The notes: a model not told the origin generated them from the sequence alone. A stretch of DNA of 64,000 nt from Phycisphaeraceae bacterium (GCA_963674705.1 OY771506.1:544001-608000); one strand, 5' to 3'. Numbered from the stretch's first letter, positions 29,309 to 39,396 are shown. Made by a program: numbers and translations.

Positions 29309-30822
29309 AGAGGTTCGACGCCATACGCACCACTCACAGCCTGTTCCAGTCCCGACACCTCTTCGTCGGTAAGCATGTCGAAGTGGCTACGGCGCTTACC
29401 CCCCGACAGTCGGCCGTGATTCTGAAGACAAAGATGGATAAACAGATCGATCTGGCGATCTGGCATATCCACAATGTCCTGGATCGCGGCCTTGGCGCGA
29501 TCGTAGCTGATGAGGAAGTTCAGCTCGTCGGTCAGTTCAGCGTCGATGGTTTTCTCGATGAACGCAAACAGTGCCTCCACCTGTGGCGTCATGTCGATGA
29601 AGCGATACCAGGTGACCGTCTCATTGTGGACAGTCATCTGACCCGCTTCGTCCAGCGTGTATTCCACAAGAGGCAAGAGCGGCCGGGAGAATGCTTCCAG
29701 CGATGCGTCATAGTCCAGTGGGTTTTTCAGCATCGCAGCCGAGACGGGGAACATCAGCCCTTCGGGCGTGTAGCCAGATCGAGCGAGTATGTTGTGGATG
29801 AGGAATCGGTGGATGCGACCGTTGCCATCTTCGAATGGGTGCATGAACACGAACCCGTAGGCAATAAGGGCCGCGTGAACGACTGGGTGGACACCTACGT
29901 TGTCCATCCGATCATGCGTTTCGAGCAACCCAGCCATCAAGACGTGAATGTCATTCGGCTTCGGGCAGACGTAGTGAACGCGCTCGGATTGGTAGGATAC
30001 CGTTTCGCCAACGTAGTTCTGGCTGGTTCGGTAATCGGCATCGGCGAAGCGAGGGTCGACGGTGCGGTTCTGCAGATCAATCAGACGATGTTTCTCACAG
30101 AAGTCCTCGGTCTCAGCCAATTGCAGTAACGAGACGAAACGCTCGGCACGGCTCGCATCGGGCTTGATGTTCTCGATCTCGAAAGACGACTTCGTTTCTT
30201 TCGTGTAAAGGTAACTCAATGCACGCTTGAGTAGCTCCGGCGGGTAGTCACCGAGTATTGCCTGGCATCGCTTTTTGAGGTCGGCGTTCAACCAGTGGTT
30301 GACGGCTTCGGTCCGCCGAACGATCGGACAGAATTCAGTGCTGCCGAGGAGGTTGTCGTTGACCGCATGTCGACCGCTCTTGGTTGGTGTCTTCGCCGTG
30401 ATGTATTGCTCGGATTCCAGCAGGTCGATGTACCGACAGCCCTTGATGTCATCGATGGGCAACTTGGTGTTGGTCATCCACTCGTAGAGATACCAGATGC
30501 GTCGCGCGTACTTGCCGTTCGGCTTGGACTGGATGTAGGCAGCAATTTGCGCCGCATCGGTGGCGTCGAAGACCGCCGAGAGTATGGCCAAATTCACGCC
30601 GTCGTACTTGAGGGCGAATTCCAGATGATCTCCCAAGCCGTCCCCGGGCCAGTACGTTGCGGGATAGACTTCACGGACCGTGGTCGGGTTCGAATCAATC
30701 CGGCGGCCCGTCGCGACATACGACTCGTGCCAGTTTGGCATCGCCTGGAGACCGAGCATGGCAGCGAGGGCGGCGTAGCCCGCTGGCCGTTCTTCACGCG
30801 ATGTGGTTATGTTCGTAACCAT
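29302..30822 (-). CDS. Fic family protein
   Basis: Canonical HPFEDGNGRIHR; FALKYDG; ETKSSFEIE. Confidence 0.92.
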   Translation of the reverse strand: MVTNITTSREERPAGYAALAAMLGLQAMPNWHESYVATGRRIDSNPTTVREVYPATYWPGDGLGDHLEFALKYDGVNLAILSAVFDATDAAQIAAYIQSKPNGKYARRIWYLYEWMTNTKLPIDDIKGCRYIDLLESEQYITAKTPTKSGRHAVNDNLLGSTEFCPIVRRTEAVNHWLNADLKKRCQAILGDYPPELLKRALSYLYTKETKSSFEIENIKPDASRAERFVSLLQLAETEDFCEKHRLIDLQNRTVDPRFADADYRTSQNYVGETVSYQSERVHYVCPKPNDIHVLMAGLLETHDRMDNVGVHPVVHAALIAYGFVFMHPFEDGNGRIHRFLIHNILARSGYTPEGLMFPVSAAMLKNPLDYDASLEAFSRPLLPLVEYTLDEAGQMTVHNETVTWYRFIDMTPQVEALFAFIEKTIDAELTDELNFLISYDRAKAAIQDIVDMPDRQIDLFIHLCLQNHGRLSGGKRRSHFDMLTDEEVSGLEQAVSGAYGVEPLH

Positions 30823-30835
30823 GGCTTTCCCGTTG

Positions 30836-30996
30836 AAAACGTTCGTCCGGGGAGATTATCGTCCGCTATGGGGGCCTTGGCAAGAAAAACGTTCGCGCAG
30901 AACTCGTAATGTCCGCAGAATCGGTCTTCCTGTGCGAAAATATCCGCACGGATACTAAAACGTTCGTTTTATGGGTGGTACCCATGAAAACGTTCG
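30836..30996. repeat. Four direct AAAACGTTCG repeats upstream of fic
   Basis: Copies at 30836, 30886, 30957 and 30987. Confidence 0.75.
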
Positions 30997-31086
30997 GGCC
31001 GCCACCACCTGCAAGGATTCGTACAAGCCCCCGGAAGTAATGCCATAAGTCACTATATGAAAGAATCTTAGAACCGTGGGCGTTTG

Positions 31087-31130
31087 GCCTTCCAAGCTGA
31101 ATGTTGAGGGTTCGAGTCCCTTCGCCCGCT
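31087..31130 (+). other. 3' fragment of tRNA-Gly(TCC), probable att core
   Basis: GC-CTTCCAA-GCTGA anticodon loop, GAGGG-TTCGAGT-CCCTT T-arm, CGCCCGC-T acceptor 3' strand; no D-arm upstream. Confidence 0.85.
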
Positions 31131-31153
31131 TTCCCTAACCGACCTGACGATCA

Positions 31154-31195
31154 ACGCCTTGTGCTGCCAAACGGCGACACGAGGCGTCTTTGTTT
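31154..31195 (+). terminator. Rho-independent terminator after tRNA fragment
   Basis: ACGCCTTGTG/CACGAGGCGT stem followed by CTTTGTTT. Confidence 0.65.
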
Positions 31196-31577
31196 CGCCC
31201 ACGTCGCGAGTTACGGCCAGGCCGCACCACCAGGCCAACGCCACCCGGTCGCCAACACACGCCAACATGTGCCACCGTCGGCCTACCATCCTTGCAAGGA
31301 TTCGTACAAGCGCCCGAAACCACGTGCAAGGTTTTGTGCAAGGCCCCGCAACACCAACGCTGGCCGTATACCTAAGCCATTTAGCGCATGATGCGCACAG
31401 ACAGGCGGATTGGGCATAATACTTCAGAAGGCCCGAAGTTTTCTCTACTCCCATTGTGGCTGAGCGTTAGCGTAGTCACGCCCTTGTGGTGCGACGGTTT
31501 TGAGCGCATACTTGCGTTGTTCCAACCATATATAGAGACCCATTTTCTAGGGGCACTGATTTCAGAACGGGGCCGCC

Positions 31578-32027
31578 ATGAGCACACAGCCACACCGTGT
31601 CTTCACCATTGGTTTTGCCGGCAAGTCGGCGGAACAGTTCTTCACGATCCTCAAAGACGCAGGTGTTCAACGCGTGCTTGATGTGCGGCTATACAACAGC
31701 TCGCAACTTGCCGGTTACACCAAGAACAGCGACCTGCCGTTCTTCCTGCGAACCATCGTTGGCGCGGGATACATCCATCTGCCCGCATTTGCACCGACCA
31801 AGCAGCTTCTGAATGGCTATAAGAAGGGTGAGTACTCTTGGCCCGAATACGAACGAGAATACGCAGCCATCCTTGAACACCGCCAACCCCACCGTGACCT
31901 GAACCCGGAACAGCTCGATAGCGGCTGCCTGCTCTGCGCCGAACCGAACGCTGATCAGTGTCATCGGCGATTAGCTGCCGAATACCTGCAACGGGTTTGG
32001 CCAAGTTTGACGATCACACATCTCTAA
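31578..32027 (+). CDS. DUF488 family protein
   Basis: VFTIGF, VLDVR, CLLCAE...CHRRL. Confidence 0.88.
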   Translation: MSTQPHRVFTIGFAGKSAEQFFTILKDAGVQRVLDVRLYNSSQLAGYTKNSDLPFFLRTIVGAGYIHLPAFAPTKQLLNGYKKGEYSWPEYEREYAAILEHRQPHRDLNPEQLDSGCLLCAEPNADQCHRRLAAEYLQRVWPSLTITHL

Positions 32028-32252
32028 TCACCACATAACCGTGTCGGTGATTTGACAAAGTTGTTCTGAGCAACATCTCACGGAGTACCGCAATCCGCGG
32101 CGGCGCTTGACAAGGCCATGGAAGCACTACTTATTGCCGAAAGACAAGCCAAAGAAGTGCTACAAGCTGATAGCCGGTGCTGTGCCACTCAGGCCCATGC
32201 ATGCGGCGTGCATTCGCTCAGAGAGTAATAATCCCGCTTCGCGAGATGTTGG

Positions 32253-33452
32253 CTAACGTCGCTTGGTGATCAATAAAACACCCAGAACACTCAGGCTCAA
32301 CATCGCGGGCTCGGGGACTGTTACGCTGCTGGAAGCCGGCAGGCTGGCGTTCCAGTTATTCAGTATCACGTCCAGGTCTTCCAGGCCGACGTACCCGTCT
32401 CCGATGCCGGCCAAGTCACCCTGGCTCTTGTCGCCCACCGGGACGCTCTGATTCCAATTCGTTAACAACACATCGAGGTCATCGAGGCCGACGAATCCAT
32501 CACCGTTGACGTCGCCTTCGAGTGTCGGATCTACCGGTGCGTGTTCGGCCTGATCGGCAAAGGTGGTCAAAGGATGGAAGTCGATCCCACCGATATCCGT
32601 GCCGTGGTATGCATCTAGCGCATCTGCCATATTTAACAGGTCATCGAAAGTGAGGAACGTTTCGCCTGGGCCGATGGCGTTAGATTCCAAGCCGATGCGA
32701 ACTTCACCGTTGAAGTTGTCGATCTCCCACTGGACGCCACTGTTGATGTGGCTGAGTGTCGAGCGTTCGTACGCCATCATGCTGATGCCGTCGAGAGACA
32801 GAGCGATGTCGGTGAACCACTGGTCGCGTTCGCCGACGTTCCAAGCGATGCTGGAAGAGCTGTCGAACCAGACGGGCAGGTCGGCATAAATCTCGATCTG
32901 CGTCTGGCCGTTCGTATCCAGCAGGTCCCGCACATCGGCGTAGGTATCACGCAACAGCAGCAGCAGATCACGCCTGTCAGTATCCGTACCGTTCTTCCAC
33001 GCGGTTAGGGCGTGCGGCTCGATGTCCAGATGCACCGCGTCGATCCATTCGCTGGTATCAACTCGGCTGAGGTTATAGTTGATGAGTCTGCTCTGGATAA
33101 GGTTCAGCAGGCTGTTACGAGCAGAGCCTTCATAAATCCAAGTCGCTTCGCCTAACAGCATTTGGGATTGGATACCGGCTGCGTCCAGGCCGGCGTTCCA
33201 GTGGGCAACACGCTCGGGATCGGTGGTGGGCCAGGTACCGAGGCTGGTGTAGATGCGATCAAAACCCCAGAGTTCGAAGTCGTTAATCAGGGCTGCTTCG
33301 GCCTCATTATCGCCAACGATGTTGTACGCACCATACGGATGTCCCGAAGACGACCACATCCAAGCGGATCGGTGCTCCTGGGCATGGGCGGACTGCAGAC
33401 AAGCCAACCCGAGAGCGATCGACGCGATACATAAACAATTTTTAACAAACAT
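32253..33452 (-). CDS. PEP-CTERM protein: uncharacterised HxDxEP domain + dockerin-like double repeat
   Basis: Signal peptide; AWMW, VHLDIEP, ADLPVWFD, MMAYER, IGLE; GDVNGDGFVGLDDLD plus second repeat; VPEP. Confidence 0.85.
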   Translation of the reverse strand: MFVKNCLCIASIALGLACLQSAHAQEHRSAWMWSSSGHPYGAYNIVGDNEAEAALINDFELWGFDRIYTSLGTWPTTDPERVAHWNAGLDAAGIQSQMLLGEATWIYEGSARNSLLNLIQSRLINYNLSRVDTSEWIDAVHLDIEPHALTAWKNGTDTDRRDLLLLLRDTYADVRDLLDTNGQTQIEIYADLPVWFDSSSSIAWNVGERDQWFTDIALSLDGISMMAYERSTLSHINSGVQWEIDNFNGEVRIGLESNAIGPGETFLTFDDLLNMADALDAYHGTDIGGIDFHPLTTFADQAEHAPVDPTLEGDVNGDGFVGLDDLDVLLTNWNQSVPVGDKSQGDLAGIGDGYVGLEDLDVILNNWNASLPASSSVTVPEPAMLSLSVLGVLLITKRR

Positions 33453-33566
33453 TTTATAACTCCAACATCCTGTAGACATACCTAGACCCCGGTACCATAT
33501 TCTAGCCGACTAATACGGAAATACAATTATTTTTTCATTTTTAAAGAAAATAAGGGTACGCGGATT

Positions 33567-34448
33567 CTAGCCTTTATCCCCACTAAGAAGCAGGCCTTTG
33601 ACCAGGAACCGCTGGGCCGCCAGAAACAGCAGTACGAGCGGCGCCAGAGCCACTACCGAGGCGGCCAGGAGTTGGTTGATCCAGGAGCCCTCCAAGGTGT
33701 TATACATCTGCAGGCCGAGGCTGATCGGGTAGCTCTCGAAGTCGGAGAGGTAGATCAGCGGCCGCATGAATTCCTTCCAATGGCCGATGAACGCCAGCAC
33801 ACCAACAGTCATCAGTACGGGCTTGGCGTTGGGCAGAAAGACCGACCAGAAGATGCGCCATTCGGACGCCCCATCGATCCGAGCCGCCTCCTCCATACCA
33901 CGCGGAATGCCTTTGAAGAATTGCCGGAACAGGAAGATGAAGAAAGCAGCGCCTCCTAACCACTCCGGCACGATCAAAGGCTTATAGGTATTGATCCAGC
34001 CCAGATACTTGAATTCCAGATATCGCGGGATCAACAGCACGGGTAGCGGCAGCATCATCGTCGCCAGCAACAGGATGAACCAGATATCCCGCCCTTTCCA
34101 CTTTAATCGTGCGAACGCATAGCCCACCATCGCAGCGCTTAATACCTGTCCCGTAACCGCGGAGAAACAGATCACCACCGTGTTCAAGATAAACCGGAAA
34201 AACGGCAGCTTGTTCATCGCTTTGCTGTAGTTCGACCATTGTGGGTCTTCGATCCACAGCGTAGGAAAGTCGTATACCTCTTTAAGCGGTCGCACCGAAC
34301 CGACAAGCGCCCAGATGATCGGGAACAGAAAGATCAAAGACAGACCGATCAACAGGCTGTACATCAACGCCTGCCAGAGCATTCGCTTGAGCGGACGTCG
34401 GCTGCCGGGAGTCAGCATCCGTGCCGGTGATGGCGTGATAGCACTCAT
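33567..34448 (-). CDS. Carbohydrate ABC transporter permease (MalG-like)
   Basis: GYAFAR, RQFFKGIP, EEAARIDGA; ATGA overlap. Confidence 0.93.
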   Translation of the reverse strand: MSAITPSPARMLTPGSRRPLKRMLWQALMYSLLIGLSLIFLFPIIWALVGSVRPLKEVYDFPTLWIEDPQWSNYSKAMNKLPFFRFILNTVVICFSAVTGQVLSAAMVGYAFARLKWKGRDIWFILLLATMMLPLPVLLIPRYLEFKYLGWINTYKPLIVPEWLGGAAFFIFLFRQFFKGIPRGMEEAARIDGASEWRIFWSVFLPNAKPVLMTVGVLAFIGHWKEFMRPLIYLSDFESYPISLGLQMYNTLEGSWINQLLAASVVALAPLVLLFLAAQRFLVKGLLLSGDKG

Positions 34449-35419
34449 GCCGCATCCCCTTCGTAGTAAACCCACATCTTGGATGAACGCAGGATGACTA
34501 GCGTGAACGCCATGATGATGACGAACAGAATCCACGCCAAGGCTGAAGCGTAACCGAGGTTAAACTGCTCGAATGCCTGTCGATAAAGATACAAAACGAA
34601 GAAGAGCGTGGAATTGTCGGGCCCGCCCTTGGTCATTATGTATGCTTCATTAAACACCTGGAAGCTGCCGATCACACCCATGACGAGGTTGAAGAAAATC
34701 GTCGGCGTAAGTTGCGGCACCGTCACATTAATGAACTTGCCCCATCGCCCCGCGCCGTCGATATCGGCTGCTTCATAAAGTTGATCGGGCACGTTCTGTA
34801 AGCCGGCAAGGAAAATCAGCATTGCCCCACCGACACCCCAGACCGCCATGATGATCAGTGACGGCTTGGACCAGGTGCTGTCATAAATCCAGGCCGGGGT
34901 TGACGCCGTCGGGTCCAGCACACCGATCGAGATCAATGCGCTGTAGAACGGCCGAATGACCATATTCATCAAGCCCGCATCCGGATTAAAAACGAACAAC
35001 CACATCATGATCGTTGCGATGCCGCCGATGACGTGAGGCATGTAAAAGACCGTACGGAACAGTGAAATGCCACGTAGCGATTGATTGAGCAACACCGCCA
35101 GCATCAACGCCACCGTCAGGCCCAACGGCACGCTGACGAAGCTGAACACCATCGTGTTCCATAGCGCGGTGTACACCAGGTCGTCGCCCTGTTCATCAAG
35201 CCGCAGGGCGCTGGTGAAGTTCTCTAACCCGACCCAGCGGATCTGGCTGAGGCTGATTCCGTTCCACTCGGTGAATGACAACAACAGAGACGCCACCATC
35301 GGGAACGCGATCAATAGAAAGAATCCGACCAGCCAAGGCGACGCAAATAGATAACCGGTCAGGCCGAAACGGTCGGCAAACCTGCGCCATGAGGTTGTCT
35401 TTCGTATCACATCGGGCAT
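34445..35419 (-). CDS. Carbohydrate ABC transporter permease (MalF-like)
   Basis: VGLENF, LAGLQNVP, LYEAADIDGA, GYASA. Confidence 0.93.
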   Translation of the reverse strand: MPDVIRKTTSWRRFADRFGLTGYLFASPWLVGFFLLIAFPMVASLLLSFTEWNGISLSQIRWVGLENFTSALRLDEQGDDLVYTALWNTMVFSFVSVPLGLTVALMLAVLLNQSLRGISLFRTVFYMPHVIGGIATIMMWLFVFNPDAGLMNMVIRPFYSALISIGVLDPTASTPAWIYDSTWSKPSLIIMAVWGVGGAMLIFLAGLQNVPDQLYEAADIDGAGRWGKFINVTVPQLTPTIFFNLVMGVIGSFQVFNEAYIMTKGGPDNSTLFFVLYLYRQAFEQFNLGYASALAWILFVIIMAFTLVILRSSKMWVYYEGDAA

Positions 35420-35449
35420 AAACTTTGTGAATCCGTCCGGGTGCTAAGG

Positions 35450-36751
35450 TTATTGTACACCACGCTCGGTGATCGCATGAGCGATCCGCTCAATCGCCAG
35501 TTCATATGCCGCCTGTCTAAATGATACATCACGATCCTTCGCCCTGTCAGCCACCTTGCGGTAGTTGGCAATCATCCGTGTCGTCAGTTTTTCAATCACC
35601 TCCTCATGTGTCCAGTACAACTCCTGATGGTTTTGTACCCATTCGAAGTAACTGACTATCACACCGCCGGTGTTTGCCAAAATATCCGGCACAACACATA
35701 CCCCCTTGCGATGCAGAACTTCGTCGGCTTTATGAGTCGTCGGGCCGTTCGCGCCTTCGCAGATGATCTTTGCCTGGATGTCATTGACGTTGTTGATCGT
35801 GATACTGTCCTCAAGCGCGGCGGGGATAAGGAAGTCGCACCGTGTGGTCAGAACAAGGTCTCGGTCGATCGCCTTGGCGTTGGGGCAGCCCACGATGCTT
35901 CCGGTTCGCTGGGTATGAGCGATCAAGGCTTCGACATCGATTCCCGACAGGTTCAACAGGCCGCCATTGATATCGGATACCGCGATCACTTTGCAGCCGC
36001 GCCGATGCAGTTCATGGGCTGCGCCTTGGCCGACATTGCCGAAGCCTTGGATCACGGCGGTGCTGCGTTTCATGTCGATACCCATATCGCCGGCCACCTC
36101 ACCCAACGTGATGATGCAGCCGCGCCCGGTTGCTTCGGCCCGGCCTTCGCTGCCGCCCATGTCCAGGGGTTTGCCCGTGATCATGGCACGGCTGTACGTG
36201 CCGTCGGCCATGCGCCAGGCATCCAGCATCCATGCCATCTCACGCTGGCCCGTGTTCACATCCGGCGCGGGGATATCCGTGCTCGCGCCAACCAGCCCGT
36301 GCAGCATCAACGCAAAACGCTTGGTCAATCGCTCTTTCTCAGACCGGCTAAGTGACGGGTAATCCACCGCGATGCCGCCCTTCGCGCCGCCGAACGGCAC
36401 ACCGGCAACCGCCGTCTTGAGATACATCCAGAACGCCATCGCCTTCATCTCATCTTCGGTCACACTCGGGTGGAAACGCAAGCCACCTTTGTAAGGCCCG
36501 AGATCATCATTGAACTGCACGCGATAGGCTTTGAATATCCGCACCGTGCCGTCGTCCATCTCAAGCGACAGGCGAAACGCCACCGTCTTGTCCGGCGTGG
36601 TCATCCTATCCAGGACACCGCGGCCGGGATACTTCTCGTTGAGCTTCAAAGGCTCGGCAAACTTCAGGAACGTTGTCCTGGCACGATCAAAAACAGAATC
36701 AGCGAGCCCGGTCGTAGGTTCCTGGACCGGCGGGGTCATAGTCGTCGTCAT
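35450..36751 (-). CDS. gdhA: Glu/Leu/Phe/Val dehydrogenase (glutamate dehydrogenase-like)
   Basis: GPYKGGLRFHP, PFGGAKGG, DIPAPDVNT, TGKP, QGFGNVG, EGANGP, SYFEWVQN. Confidence 0.9.
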   Translation of the reverse strand: MTTTMTPPVQEPTTGLADSVFDRARTTFLKFAEPLKLNEKYPGRGVLDRMTTPDKTVAFRLSLEMDDGTVRIFKAYRVQFNDDLGPYKGGLRFHPSVTEDEMKAMAFWMYLKTAVAGVPFGGAKGGIAVDYPSLSRSEKERLTKRFALMLHGLVGASTDIPAPDVNTGQREMAWMLDAWRMADGTYSRAMITGKPLDMGGSEGRAEATGRGCIITLGEVAGDMGIDMKRSTAVIQGFGNVGQGAAHELHRRGCKVIAVSDINGGLLNLSGIDVEALIAHTQRTGSIVGCPNAKAIDRDLVLTTRCDFLIPAALEDSITINNVNDIQAKIICEGANGPTTHKADEVLHRKGVCVVPDILANTGGVIVSYFEWVQNHQELYWTHEEVIEKLTTRMIANYRKVADRAKDRDVSFRQAAYELAIERIAHAITERGVQ

Positions 36752-36778
36752 CGGAGTACTCCACAATAGTGGTGCGGA

Positions 36779-38032
36779 CTAAACCAGATTCACACAGGGA
36801 TGTTCACCATAGGTGATACTGACATACTTACCGTCGTTGAGGATAGAAAGCCGGCCCGCTTCCATGACCAGCTCGTTGATCGCGCTGTTGGCGGGGGTAG
36901 CGATGATGCCACGGTCATCGATCTGCTTGATGAGTTTCTGCCGATCGCTTAACGAAGAGGCGGCGCTGCAGCGGATCGCAGACAAGACATTCGCCTCGAT
37001 CGAGTCGTAGCCGTAGCCGACCGGTTTCATGCCTTCACCTTCGTAAGGTACGAGACGCATGTAGTCGGGATTAATGAAGCGGAACGCGGCTTCGCCGTCT
37101 TTCAGTGCTCCTTGGTCATAGCCTTGGCTGACGCCGCGGAACTGATCGTTATGCTTGAGGATCGTGCCGCAGTCGTCACCTTCGCCGTACAGGCAGATAC
37201 CCTGGTCGTTCGTGCCGGCCCCCTTGTCCGGGTAACCCAAGCCGTTCGCCACGTTCAACAACCCGCCGTTCTCGAATCGCACGCGCGCAGCCGACCACAT
37301 GTAGCCTTCCTTGCCGTTCGGGAACTTACCCTTCACGCCTTGCACCGAAATACCAGTCGGTTTAAGGCCCGAGATGAAGTAAACCAGATCGACGTAGTGG
37401 CAACCGATATACGTAAACGGGTCGGTGTTCTCGCAGGTGAACCAGTTCTGGAAGTTGGAGTAGCGATAGAACCATGGCTCGATCAGCCGGGCCTCACCAC
37501 ACTTGAATTCACCCAGCCGCCCTTGTCGGTACGCTCCACGCGCATCGAGGCTGCGGCGGTCGAATCGCTTGTGGTACTCCACACCAACAAACAAGCCCTT
37601 CTCGTATGCGAGCTTCTCGATCTCGACCGATTGCGTGTACTTCAGCACCAACGGCTTGACGGCCAGCACGTGCTGATCCGCCTTCAGCGCCGCCATGATC
37701 ACGTCGTAGTGAAAATGATCCGGCACCGCGACGATCACCATGTTGTTGGCGGGCATCGAAGCAATCACTTGCTTGTACAGATCCGGATGCATTTCGTTCG
37801 GATCGGTATCCAGCGAAGGAAACGCCTCGAAGCTTTGGCTCGGGAACGCATCGGCCAGCTTCGTTGCATCCGCCAACTCGCGCAACGGCGCGGAATTCAG
37901 CGCGCATATCTTGATATTGCCGATCTTACCCTGCCGCTGCATGTGGTAGATCGTGGGCAGGATCTGATCGTGCGTAATCATCCCCCCGCCGATGATCACG
38001 ACATCGATTTTGGATGCTTCAACTGCACTCAT
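36779..38032 (-). CDS. Gfo/Idh/MocA oxidoreductase
   Basis: IIGGG, VPDHFH, VKPL, YHKRFD, GCHYVD. Confidence 0.85.
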   Translation of the reverse strand: MSAVEASKIDVVIIGGGMITHDQILPTIYHMQRQGKIGNIKICALNSAPLRELADATKLADAFPSQSFEAFPSLDTDPNEMHPDLYKQVIASMPANNMVIVAVPDHFHYDVIMAALKADQHVLAVKPLVLKYTQSVEIEKLAYEKGLFVGVEYHKRFDRRSLDARGAYRQGRLGEFKCGEARLIEPWFYRYSNFQNWFTCENTDPFTYIGCHYVDLVYFISGLKPTGISVQGVKGKFPNGKEGYMWSAARVRFENGGLLNVANGLGYPDKGAGTNDQGICLYGEGDDCGTILKHNDQFRGVSQGYDQGALKDGEAAFRFINPDYMRLVPYEGEGMKPVGYGYDSIEANVLSAIRCSAASSLSDRQKLIKQIDDRGIIATPANSAINELVMEAGRLSILNDGKYVSITYGEHPCVNLV

Positions 38033-39396
38033 TGAATCGCCTCCTCAAGGCTTTCTTCCAGGACGCCGATCGCTTCACGCAGTACATCCTCGGGTGTGAT
38101 CAGCGGCGGTGCAATCTTCACCGTCCCACCACCCGTGCCGACCGGGGCGAACATGAGTAAACCACGTTCAATACACCCGCGAACGATCGCTGTCGCCAGC
38201 GGCTTGTCCGGCTCCGTCGTCCCGGGCTTGACCATCTGTAGCGTCGCCACCGCGCCGACCGCATCCGCGGCGCCGATTGGCCCATCAAACTTTTCTTTCA
38301 GCCGGTTCAATTCAACCGCCAGAATCTCGCCGATCTTGCGTGCGTTTTCGACCATGTTTTCAGTACGGATCGATCGCACACTCGCCAGCGCCGCTGCGAC
38401 ACAGACGGGGTTGCCCGTGTGTGTGCTCGTCATCGAGCCGGGTGGGAACTGATCAAGCAACTGTGCCCGGCCGATCACCGCGCTCAGCGGCATCCCGCTG
38501 GAAATACCCTTGCCGCAGCAGATCAGATCGGTCTCGATGTCATAATGCTCGAACGCCCAGAACTTACCCGTCCGTCCGAAGCCCGCCTGCACTTCGTCAA
38601 AGGTCAGCACCACATCATTTGCATCACACCATTCGCGCAGCTTCTTCATGTAGGGCACGGGTGCGAGCTTAGCGCTACCGCCCTGGTACGTTTCCATCAT
38701 CACGCCGGCAACATTTTCCGGCTTAATGCCCGCCTGCTTCAACGAATCCAGGAACACATCGAAGCTCGTATCCGGCTGACGGAATCCGTCCGGGTAAGGC
38801 ACCTGCACCATCGCAGGATCAAGGTTGACGATCCATTCCTTCTGGCCAGGCCAGCCACCGGCCATCTGCGACCCCATCGTTCTACCGTGGAAGCCGTTCA
38901 CGAATGACACAATCACAATCTTGCTGTTACCGCCGGCCGTTTTGCCGTGCTGACGCATCAGCTTGATCGCGCACTCGGTCGCTTCCGAACCTGTCGTCAG
39001 CAGGAACACTTTTTCCAGGCCTTTCGGCGCAACTTTTACGAGTTCCTCGATCAGTTTCCCACGGATCTCGGACGGGAAGCAGTAGTTATGCATCAAACCA
39101 TGGTTGATCTGATCGAGTGCAGCCTGCTTGACTGCCGGGTGGCTGTGCCCGGCATTGGTCACCAGCACGCCGCTGGACCAGTCGATCCACTGATTGCCCC
39201 ACTTATCGTAAACACAGAACCCCTCGGCCCGGTCCCAGATCACCGGCGGCTGGCCACCCATGGATTGCGGCTCATGTTCGCGCAGCTTCTCCAGGATCGG
39301 GATCGACTCCGGCACAGGGATCGCCGTAACGATCTTGCGGTACTTGGTTTTGACAGGGGTGACTTCGCGGGGTTGAAGGGTAGTAGCGGTTGTCAC
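38029..39396 (-). CDS. Class III PLP aminotransferase
   Basis: TGSEA, FHGRT, FDEVQAGFGRTG, CGKGISSG; GTG start after GGAG. Confidence 0.92.
   Translation of the reverse strand: MTTATTLQPREVTPVKTKYRKIVTAIPVPESIPILEKLREHEPQSMGGQPPVIWDRAEGFCVYDKWGNQWIDWSSGVLVTNAGHSHPAVKQAALDQINHGLMHNYCFPSEIRGKLIEELVKVAPKGLEKVFLLTTGSEATECAIKLMRQHGKTAGGNSKIVIVSFVNGFHGRTMGSQMAGGWPGQKEWIVNLDPAMVQVPYPDGFRQPDTSFDVFLDSLKQAGIKPENVAGVMMETYQGGSAKLAPVPYMKKLREWCDANDVVLTFDEVQAGFGRTGKFWAFEHYDIETDLICCGKGISSGMPLSAVIGRAQLLDQFPPGSMTSTHTGNPVCVAAALASVRSIRTENMVENARKIGEILAVELNRLKEKFDGPIGAADAVGAVATLQMVKPGTTEPDKPLATAIVRGCIERGLLMFAPVGTGGGTVKIAPPLITPEDVLREAIGVLEESLEEAIQ

Larger units (their letters stand above)
1..31130. mobile_element. 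Probable tRNA-Gly-targeting integrative element/genomic island (left end outside window)
   Basis: Integrase, Prim-Pol/DUF3987 and AlpA at left; pseudogene and IS relics; Fic gene; 3' tRNA-Gly fragment at right. Confidence 0.7.

Noticed and set aside
31055..31135. Intact tRNA-Gly gene
   Set aside because: No D-arm or normal 5' half; treated as an att fragment
30836..31343. CRISPR array
   Set aside because: Repeats are 10-19 bp and irregularly spaced; no cas genes recognised
33527..33553. AT-rich palindrome as a further ROK operator (also TTTGTT-N8-AACAAA near 59723)
   Set aside because: Arm spacing differs from the duplicated operator and matches are weak
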